From Ministeria vibrans ATCC 50519 (taxonomy: Eukaryota > Protista > Filasterea), in the NCBI GenBank assembly GCA_943704425.1, contig CALSCP010001735.1, forward strand, positions 62,001 to 126,000: 64,000 nucleotides of DNA. The letters run 5' to 3'. Below the pieces are notes generated by a model. That model was given only the letters and a program-made list of their open reading frames with translations, did no database searches and was not told where the DNA came from. Each line of letters opens with the position of its first letter. Position 1 is the stretch's first letter. The position numbers and the translations under genes were made by a program. Positions 12,360-21,900 of the stretch are shown here, one piece after another.

Positions 12360-14041
12360 ATGCGTTCCGCCGTTGCCCTTGTACTCGTTCTTGCCTCTGT
12401 GGCCCTTGCCTTGGGTACTTTCCCGTCCTCCCGCCTCTCCCCCTCCTGCCTGTATTCATGTTGCTTTGATGTCTGGATGTGCAGGTCAGAGTGCCGAAGA
12501 GAAGATTAGCGCCTGGTCCAAATTCAAGAATTGTCAGGTTCGAAATATGCGACACAGTGACGAACTCGCCTCATTCCTTGCCTGCTTCATTTTAGGAGTG
12601 CACGGCAGCCGGCAATGGCTGGTGTCCCCTCGCGCGACGCTGTGGCGGCTTTGCAAACCAGCGATGTCGGTAAGGAACGCCAATCGGCGGACGCTGACGT
12701 AAGGCTGACGACGAATTTTCTCGATAGCGGTGATCACACAGACTTTCCGCGAAACGACGAGGAGAACAAGGTGTGTAGGTGTATGAGTGTGCAGCATCAG
12801 TCGCAGAGTGTACATGGGGCTGACATGATGGCGCGTTGATCCCGTAGGAATTCGAAGCACAGCGAGCGGCCGCCGAGCTGGTCAAGCAGCCCTTTCCCTT
12901 TGGTGCTCCCGTCGAGTTCAATCGGACTTCTCAACAGCGTCTTGTGAACCACCGATCGAGTCCGCAAGTCTTGGTCATGATGGACTCAACAGTACGAGCA
13001 TTGGTATTTTGGTGAGAAGAGTGCCACTCATGTTGCGTGTTTTCGTTTCAGGACCAGTACACTGACTCGCAGTTGGCACCTGTCCTTGACCAAGCAGCAT
13101 CAATGGTGGGCGCTCGCGCTCTCATTGTGAAAATGCCCATAACCAGTGCCAATGAAGGCATTCTCCCGCGCTTCCTTGTCGACCGTGCCAGCACCCCTCT
13201 GCCTGTCATTCGCATCGCAAGTTTCATGCGAAACAGACTCGAGGCCTTTGGCTTCATCCTACGCGACCCGGATCAGGTCACCCTCGAATACATCACAACG
13301 CTCGTAGACTGGTACCTCTCTTCCCAGCAAAAAGAAATCAAATCATATCATGGCTCACTCATATCATTTCCAACTGCTCAGCTTCCATGCGGGGACTGCG
13401 CCGCGTCTGCTGCGCTCACAGTCGCCTCCACCACCCCCACCGGCTCGCTACGACGGTGCTGCCATCCACCACCTCAGCGGCAATCTCTTTGAAGTGTTTG
13501 TCTTGAACCCGTCGTAAGACCAACAGAAGCATTCCACACACACACACACATACACATATTATACCTGCATGCATTCCCACATATACGCACGTACACCGAC
13601 GCACACACGCTCAATCTGTGTTCTTGGTTGTGTATAGGAAGCACGTGATGGTGACGCTGTCCATGCCTGGATGCAGACCGTGCCAGGACATGAAGAAGGA
13701 TTATGAGCAACTGGCTCTTGACGTCGCATATGACTCTCTTGTAAGTACAGCACATTCGTCTCGACTTCCACTCACGGGTTTCTGCATTGCAGCTCAAGAC
13801 ACGCCCCATTGTGCTTGCGACCGTCAATGCAGGCAGCAACGACGTGTACCTGCCGCAGATGCCGCAAGAAGGCTACCCCTCCATCTGGCTGTTCCCCATT
13901 GGCGCCAAGGACGCCCCCATCGCGTACACCAGTCGCAGCCGTTCTACGCGCGACATGATGCGCTGGCTCGTCGAGCACACAGCCCCTTCCAACGCCATCG
14001 CAGCTGAGCCTGACTCCGATTCCCATCGTTCCGACTTGTGA
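12360..14041 (+). CDS. ER thioredoxin/PDI-like protein, multi-exon
   Basis: Signal peptide; PGCRPC CxxC motif; GYPSIWLFP...YTSRSRSTRDMMRWL thioredoxin tail; ends in HRSDL*. Confidence 0.8.
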
Positions 14042-14091
14042 TTACATTTATTCCTCCATACGAATTATTCTATACGTCTTTATACGATGCT

Positions 14092-15329
14092 CTACAAATT
14101 GTTCAGGCGCATGCGTGCGCGCTTGTACACCGCCTCCTTGTACGACTGCGCGTCCACGTCCAGTAGCGCATCCTCCTTGGCTGCTGACCCTAGCCCCGCC
14201 CCCTGCACATACCGCTCTGCCTAATGGTACAGCATGAGGATGCACGTGTGTGTGTGTGGGGTCAGTCGGAGAGACAGGCAGATCGAGTGCCAGTGCATCT
14301 ATCAATCTATCTACAAACCTGCACGGGTGCGCGAATACCGTCGCTCTGTGCGCCCAGCCCTTCGCCTTTGTTCCAGCCCATCTTCTGTAGCATACGATTG
14401 CCCACATTGCGTTCGTCAATCTCGGTTGTGCTCGACGCCCGCTCAGTCACCACAGGAGCAGTCTCTACAACCAACCAACAACAACAACACCAGCAACAAC
14501 AACAGATCAATAATTTCAATAATTTCATTGTTCGACTAGAAGACACGTACCTTTACTCTTGCGCTTGACACCTGCACTGGCACTCCGTCGTGGTGCCTGC
14601 GGTTCGCCCGTCTCCAGACGCCGCTCAGCCGCCCGGTCGCGATAGCCCGACGCGAGGACGCCCAGTGACTGGTCGCGCGCCCCCAGTGCTTCTCGCTCCA
14701 CCTGGTCCCGCTCCACGTTGCTCAAGTGCAGCTGTGACTCGCGTGTATGACGCTCCAGCACCTCTACACTCTTAAACTTGCGCTTGCATAGCAGACACGC
14801 CAGCTTCTCCCGGTCAATGTACACCTCGGTGTTGTCTTCTTCAGCACATGCCAGCATCTCCTTCTCCTTGTCACCCTCGTCCAGCGGTGGTATGCCCACC
14901 CCCGTCTGCTCTACCTCACTGCCACTGCCTCCGCCCAGGTCAGTCTGCGCCGTCTCCCGCAGCATTTCCAAGTGCTTCGCCTGGGCCTGCGCCTCCTCGT
15001 GCTGCGCCTCGGCGATCTTCTTTTGCTGCGTCTCCCATCGCTTGAGATCTGCCGCTGCCTTTTTCGCCTGCAGCGATACCCGCTCCTTAAGTGCACGTGC
15101 TTGTTCACGCTCGCGTTCCATCTCCTTCTTGCTCGCACTCTGCGTCGCACTGCCATCGTTTGTCGCTGGGGCACTGGTCTCTACCACATACGTGTTGGTG
15201 GTTCGATCAAGGCGATAGGTGACGCCTTCCTTATAGTAGGCACCCGTGGCACTGTTGTAGTAGAAGCCCGAGGTAGCGTCATAGTAGTAGCCGGTGGTAG
15301 GGTCGTACACAAACGACGACTGCTGCTGC

Positions 15330-15365
<36 letters not shown>

Positions 15366-16192
15366 GATGGAGCGTACTGTTGGGAAAGTGCACAGGCTGC
15401 GGCTGCGGCCTCAGGCATGGCACGGTAGGGTCGCGATGGGCCTCCGCGATGCCTCGCCTGGTGGGGGTGTTCGTCACCGTAGAACTCGTCGTCGTAGTCT
15501 CGATCGAGCTCACGGTCGCGTGGACGCTCTGCGTTCCATCTGCCATTCGATTCGTACTGCGATCGGCCAGTGGCGGAGGACGAAGACGACGCATAAGACG
15601 TTGTCGTAGTTGTCGATGAGCTCGTGGTGGAGTTGGTGGGATTTGCAGAGGAGGAAATGGAGGAGGACGTCGACCAAAACGGCCAGAGACGAGCATAGCC
15701 AGTCTCGACAGGAACGTCGTCCACTAGGCGGGGCGTAGACGTGCTCGCTGCGAGTGCTGTAGTCGCCTGAGCCTCGGAGGAAAACTTCAAAAACCCATAG
15801 CCCATTGAGGTGGTGCCGTCGGTGGTGCTGCGTACAACTATGGCGTCGGTAGCGGAGGGAAACGCGCGACGCAATCGTCGCGAAGATGTTTCCGGCGACA
15901 GTTTGAGAACGCACAGGCACCGCACGGGCTTTGCCGTCACATGGTACGTTCGTAACTCTGCCGTGTCCCGACAGCCAAGCATGAACAAATCAACGCCGCA
16001 GTCAATGCAGCTGCGACGCCCAAAGTTACGCGCAAAGCAAATGATGCACTTCCATTCGTCGTCATGGCGCATCGTCTGCTGCTGCTGCTCCTGCTGCTGC
16101 TTCTGCTGCGACTGGTCCATCAGTGCTACCTGTTCAGCGGCAATCGCAGCAATGTCTTGATCTCTCCATCCTTCCTTCTCGTCCGTTCGCAT
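14092..16192 (-). CDS. RBM5/RBM10-like splicing regulator (RanBP2 ZnF, RRM, OCRE, C2H2 ZnF, G-patch)
   Basis: WKCIICFARNFGRRSCIDC; GYGFLKF; YDPTTGYYYDATSGFYYN; CLLCKRKF...H; NVGNRMLQKMGWNKGEGLG. Confidence 0.92.
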
Positions 16193-16272
16193 AGCGTTTG
16201 AGAAAATTACTAATAAAAATTAATTAATAATATTATTTTTTCATTTATTCTTTTCTTTCAAGTTTCATCGGA

Positions 16273-16946
16273 ATGGCTACGCTGGGCAAACACTTGTTCG
16301 ACTCGCTTCAGGGAGACTTGCGCACCCTGAGCGCCGAGAGTAAGCTCAAGAAAGCGTCGGGAAGCGAAGTCAGAGACTCCGCCGGTAAGCTGTTGATGTG
16401 TGACCTTGGATAGCTTGTCGCAATCCAGTGCCACGCGTCCACGCCCCTCCATCCTCTTGTTTTCCTTTCTGTCTCTTTCATTTGTGTCGTTTTAATTTTT
16501 GTTTCGTTGCACTTTCCCGTCAAGAAAAATCCCCTTTCTCCTTCCTCTACTGTCGTTCTCTGCGCCATAGCGCCACGCACGGGAGGCTCATCTGTTCATT
16601 GCTAACCATCTGCCGTCCGTTGCCCTTCTCTTCTTGTGTCTTCTTGTGTCTTCTTCTGTGTTTTTGATTGTCATCTCTCGCAGAACGAGCGCTCTTGCGA
16701 GTTCTTCAAGCACGCAACGAATCCGCTCAATCTGCTGGCGCCATTTCGCACGGGGATGCTCTCTCACGCGGTGGTGATGTTCTCGAGCCGTTTCTACTGG
16801 CCTGCGACACGCGCAACGCAAAACTCGCTCAGCTTGCAGCCGAGGGTATCTACAAACTGGTGCGCCACGACTGTGTGCGCTCTCTCGAGCAAGTGGACCG
16901 TGTCCTGGCGCGCCTCAATGTCCTTGTTGAACAGTCTCTTGAGGAG
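16273..16946 (+). CDS. MON2: MON2 5' exons (DCB region), separated from the rest of the gene at 35249-40945
   Basis: LQGDLRTLSAESK...VLEPFLLACDTRNAKLAQLA...LEE followed by a GT donor; matches the MON2 N-terminus. Confidence 0.85.
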
Positions 16947-16983
16947 GTACCCGTCTCGTTGGTCGTGCACCTCAATCGCATCT

Positions 16984-16984
<1 letters not shown>

Positions 16985-17050
<66 letters not shown>

Positions 17051-17057
17051 NNNNNNN
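16985..17057. repeat. (CA)n microsatellite ending in a 7-N gap
   Basis: Seen directly. Confidence 0.98.
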
Positions 17058-17625
17058 ACACGCCACACTAACAAACACAAGAGCAAACAAACAAACACAA
17101 CGTGCTCAGCAGGCACTCAAAGCCACAAAGACTCATGTCAAAGCTTAAATGACTGAACCGCACCATCCAAACTCAAACTTCATCCATTGCAACCAAGAAC
17201 ACCCAACCAAACGCCACCACCATCGCCTTGGCCAGCCAAAACTGCCAATACCATGCCAGCATCCACCGCCACAGACCCACCGTCCGACATTAGCAACAAA
17301 CTCAGACTCTATCTGCCGCAACAGAAAATCTTCGTTTGGCCCACATCTCATACCACGTCACCATGTCTTTCACAACATTTGACGCCATCTTCTTCAGACG
17401 AACACGCTCACTCTCACTGAAACGCTCCAGCACCGCTTGTGGCCACATTCCTGACACAAGAACCGATGGACGCATCACTTGAAACGGCACAAGCCACAGT
17501 GCAACCTGCGCGCTCGCACCATCCTGTGACGCATCCTTCAACCATTCTTGAAAGCCTGCCTGTAGTACGCCCAGGGCGCGCTCTATACCACTAACCCCAG
17601 ATGCAGTGCACGCAAACATGTGGTC
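17058..17625 (-). mobile_element. 5'-truncated non-LTR retrotransposon copy: ORF2 C-terminus plus GT-rich 3' UTR
   Basis: Starts at a (TTAGGG)n junction with VDHMFAC (end of a CCHC knuckle) and ...WYEMWAKR; 17060-17217 is repeated at 18374-18528. Confidence 0.65.
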
Positions 17626-17659
17626 AACCCTAACCCTAACCCTAACCCTAACCCTAACC

Positions 17660-17730
17660 GAGACATGAACTTTACGATTGTATTCAGACGTTTAACACAT
17701 ACTCAAGCAGCTTATGGGGCCCACTCGGAA
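17660..17730 (-). mobile_element. 71-bp 3'-terminal fragment of the telomere-associated retroelement
   Basis: Near-identical to 18138-18208, with the same junction ...AAAGTTCATGTCTC|GGTTAGGG. Confidence 0.75.
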
Positions 17731-17762
17731 TAACCCTAACCCTAACCCTAACCCTAACCCTA

Positions 17763-17966
17763 GAGACCTCAAAGGGAATCTCCATTACCCCCTCCACTGC
17801 ACCATCACGCACGCTCCACCGACTGGCACCCCACGCACGATTGTGGAACACTTCGGGCACCAACATCCGTTGCTGGCGAGGCACCAGCACCCCCGCTGTG
17901 GCCATACGCCCGCTCAAATCAAACGACGCGTCCGTCACCATCAGGATCACACCGTCACCATTGTCA
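17763..17966 (-). mobile_element. Internal retroelement fragment, RNase H-like N-terminus
   Basis: Translates as VILMVTDASFDLSGRMATAGVLV, resembling the RNase H TD(G/A)S...GxG start; flanked by telomeric tracts. Confidence 0.5.
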
Positions 17967-18137
17967 AACCCTAACCCTAACCCTAACCCTAAGAACGACA
18001 TCCGCGCGCTCCACTCGACGGCCCCGGCCATCGCAACCCAAGCGAATGTACACGCCACTGATTGGCGTCGACCCTAGTAAAGCACACCAGTCCCAACGCA
18101 TGGCCAGGTCTGCCAATTAGTAACCCTAACCCTAACC

Positions 18138-18529
18138 GAGACATGAACTTTACGGTTGTATTCAGACGTTTAACAGATACTCAAGCAGCTTATGGGGTCC
18201 ACTCAGAATACATCGCGATCCTCAACACACACATCAAACACAAACACACACAAGAGGATATTACAAGCAACACCAAAGAACAAATTTAATTTCAAGACAA
18301 CACACTTAATATCAAAAACAAACAATCACGAACATTAAGAGAACAACACAGTCACACACAAAGCAATTAAAAGCGCCACAATAACAAACACAAGACCAAT
18401 CAAACAAACACAACGTGCTCAGCAGGTGTCCAAAGCCACAAAGACTCAGGTCAAAGCTCAAATGACTGAACCGCACTATCCAAACTCAACCTTCATCCAA
18501 TGCAACCAAGAACACCCAACCAAACGCCT
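18138..18529 (-). mobile_element. ~390-bp 5'-truncated 3' UTR copy of the telomere-associated retroelement
   Basis: Links the two repeat blocks: shares its 3' end with 17660-17730 and its 5' part with 17060-17217; telomeric tracts on both sides. Confidence 0.75.
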
Positions 18530-18976
18530 CTAACCCTAACCCTAACCCGGTCGTATCTTGGCTCGTTAGGAATGGCTGACTGACGATAATGTTTCAGTGG
18601 TAGACGTATTTCTCTGTCGCAGGTGTTCTTCTTGCGAGGATGAGGATGAATCGGATGACTAGTTTGTCTTGTGGGACACGGAGTGTTGGCCAGCCGTTTA
18701 ACAGTACTTGTTATCATGTCGTTAGTATTGTACTTACAAGAAGACACGTAATACGGGAAAGCGGAAAAGTACATATTTGACACCTTGTAACATACGATCT
18801 TTTTTCATTTGCACGTACGTCGTTGACATCCTTACAGCGTACAAGTGACTATGTGTTTTGTTCTGGTGTGCACGAGTCAAAAGACGTCAGTCGTCATGAA
18901 TCTCACACTACCCCACCACACACAATGTCTGGATCATGTCCATCTTTCTTATTGTACATATATTTTACTAAACGTT

Positions 18977-21900
18977 TCAACGGTGCTTTCTTCTCGACCC
19001 CCAGATTGACTTGTCCTTCTTTCGTCGAAAAAAAGGGCGTCGATCAAGAAACTGCTGAGATGGACAGAAAAGGTCGCTGAGCATACCATTGCCAACGCCA
19101 TCTTCTTCCTCGTCTTCTTCATCTTCATCGTCATCTTCTTCCTCGTCGTCATCCTCATCATCATCTTCCTCGTCTTCGTCTTTCTCCTCATCATCTTCTT
19201 CGCTCTCCTCCTCACTCATCGCACCATGTTCAAGCAGTCGTGCGAGACCACCAACACCAAATCGCGGAGGAAACCATACCGCTTTGTCCTCTTCCTCTTC
19301 CACCTCAACCACGCGCCGAATACGAATCGCTTTCCTGCGCTTATACTTCTCCAACAATCCATCACAGTCCGTCACGAGCTTCTCCAGCCTCCCATCAAGC
19401 GCTTCTTCCCTCTGCGTAAAGTACTTCTGCAGCGCCTTGATGTGATTGCTCGTCTCGCGCTCCTCCTCTTGCATCACGTGCTCGCCCTGTCCCGCTCGTG
19501 TTCGCGGCGCCTGTTTCTCCCGCCTCAGATATTTGACCACTCTCTGCAGTCGCTCAGTGGGTGTCAAGGGCTTCTTCTTTGGCTCACTTGTCGCTTTCTT
19601 TGTCGATGCCTTCGCTTTGGCGGGCTCTGGCACAGTCGATTTCAGTAACACGCTCGACGTGGGCTGTGTCCTGCCCATCCGCAAGAATGCAGCATGTGCC
19701 AGTGCCGCATTCTGATTGCCAAAACGTCTGTGAATCACTCCGGATGGGGACACGACAGTTGATGCAAGCGAAGAGCGCGGTACAGACTCAGTCACAAGGC
19801 GGCTTGCGTGAGGGACGGCGGGCGCTCGTGTCGCTGCTGAGGCAGCAGAGTTTGGAGGCCACGGAATAGACTGAGTGTCGAGATGACTCAGATGAGCAAC
19901 CGACGTCGGTCGTGCAGTGACTGCGGAGGAAGTAGAGGCCAACGACTGAGGGGCAGAGTGTGCTTGTGCTCGTGTAAAGTCAGAGGCGGCTGACGCAGTC
20001 GACACTGGAGGTCGCAGCGTAGACTGAATGACAAGACTCGGATGAGTGATAGATGTGGGTCGTGGGGTGGCTGCAGAGGCAGCAGTGACCGGCCATTGTG
20101 GAGCAGAGTGCGCCTGTGCTAGTGTGGAGGCAGTTGCGGCTGACGCAGCCAAGACTGGCACTACGGGCGGAGCCAGTCGGCTCGCAGGCGCAACTGTGAC
20201 CGGTCGTGTCGCAGCTGCCTTGACGCCTGTCGATGTCTTGGCGGGTTTGGACGGAGGCGTTGTGCTGGCTAAACTCGTTGTCGCTGTCACTGTCGTCACT
20301 GGCACGGCGGCGACGCGCGCTCGTTTCGTCCGCTCCTTTTCCTTTCCCTGTCCATCGCTACTCCCAGACGGCCGTTTTTTTGTGCCCACCGTCTGCGACA
20401 CCATCACCACATCGCCATCGGCATCTTGCAAATCGTCCACCACCTCAATCACATCGTCTTCCTCAAGGTCCACCATCACAAATCGCAGTCCCCGTCCAAT
20501 GCGCCACCACACCACGCGCGGCACTCCACGCATCCCCAACACTCCCGCATAGTACGGTGTCACATCGTCCACGGTCCAACTGCAGTCGCGCAGTGCCGCT
20601 GCATTGATCACCACACGTGTCACACGGTTTGCATAGCACGCGCGGGTGCACGCCATCGTGCGGTACACACTCGCCAAATCCAGTGTGTTTACGGGTCGTA
20701 GAAACAGCGCCCACTGTGGCATGTTTGTAAGCGCGGCCATGTCCACCTGCGCCTGCGTGGGTACACGCTCGGCCAGTGACCAGTGTGTCAGATCGACAAA
20801 TGGCACACCACACCGCTCGATAATCTCCACCAGCTGTGTTCGGTCCAGTGTCGCATCGGGCACACCGCTCTTGAGTGCACGCATCTCATCTGGAGACGGG
20901 GCATTTTCCATGCGCAAACCGCGTACCAGGGCGCCTCCTCGCCGCTGCAGCTTCACCTGCACAAACGCCTGGTACTTAAGCACCGCGAGTCCCGCTCGCT
21001 CGCAGTCCGCTGCAAATTTCAAATCCTCGCGAAAGGGCCACGGGCGAAACCAGACATTGCGCGCGACACACGCACTCACATGCACCAGTACAAGGCTGTA
21101 CACGTAGGTGCGTCGAAAGGATGAGGTCGCCACATGATGCCCGTTCTGTCGGAAGATCCCCAACATGCCATAGCGCTCGGCCTTGCCCGCTCGCTCAGGC
21201 ACAGTCATGTTGAAGGTCGACTCGTAGCGATAGGGCACATCGGGCTCCTCGCCCAGCAGCTGACGCTCCAGATGCGCAAGCACGTCAAAGAAGCTGACAG
21301 GTTCCACAGCGAGCACAGGTGAGTGGGGTGAAATGCGGTCGCCCGTCACCGCCGCCAAATGGTCAATATTGTCGTCGCACAGAAACATCGTCTTGAGACT
21401 AAAATAGTGCGCCACTCGCTGGCACACAAGTCGCGCATATCCAACGCCACGCGACACATCGCACAATCCCGTCTCGTGCTCAACTGTTTCCGGCAATTGC
21501 AACACAAGCGCCACATGTCCAACTCGCGCCACAAACCCCTGATACTGCTCCGCGCGCACCACCACCACCCGCACAATGGCCGTCTCGTCAACACCCAAAG
21601 CGCGACTCCAGTCGTGTCGCCCGTCCAACCGCACTGACGGTACAAACACCCACGAGCGCAACAGCCGAGAATTAGATTGTCGTCCCACACCAACGACACG
21701 ACCCTGTTCCAACTCAAACACGTCCTCAAATGCCTTCGGTATCCACAGTGGACTCTGAAATCCCTCGACCTCGAGCACCTGATGTTTCCCCTCCACTGGC
21801 CCTCGCACCACAGCGGCTGCCGTGCGAAAGCGATATAGCTCCTCCGACTCACGTACAGAGAGCTCTGTCAAGGGCACAACCTTTGGCGGGAGCGCAACTG

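Larger units (their letters stand above)
17626..18548. repeat. Five short telomere-type (CCCTAA)n tracts at 17626-17659, 17731-17762, 17967-17992, 18121-18137 and 18530-18548
   Basis: Perfect CCCTAA units, all in the same orientation. Confidence 0.97.

Noticed and set aside
17626-18548. CRISPR-like repeat-spacer array
   Set aside because: The repeats are variable-length telomeric hexamers, the spacers are 71-390 bp and related to each other, and there are no cas genes in this eukaryotic context.
17626-18548. Penelope/Athena-type terminal retroelements
   Set aside because: Those have the sense strand co-oriented with the C-rich repeat. Here the coding remnants lie on the TTAGGG strand and look LINE-like. 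Not fully excluded without the RT sequence.
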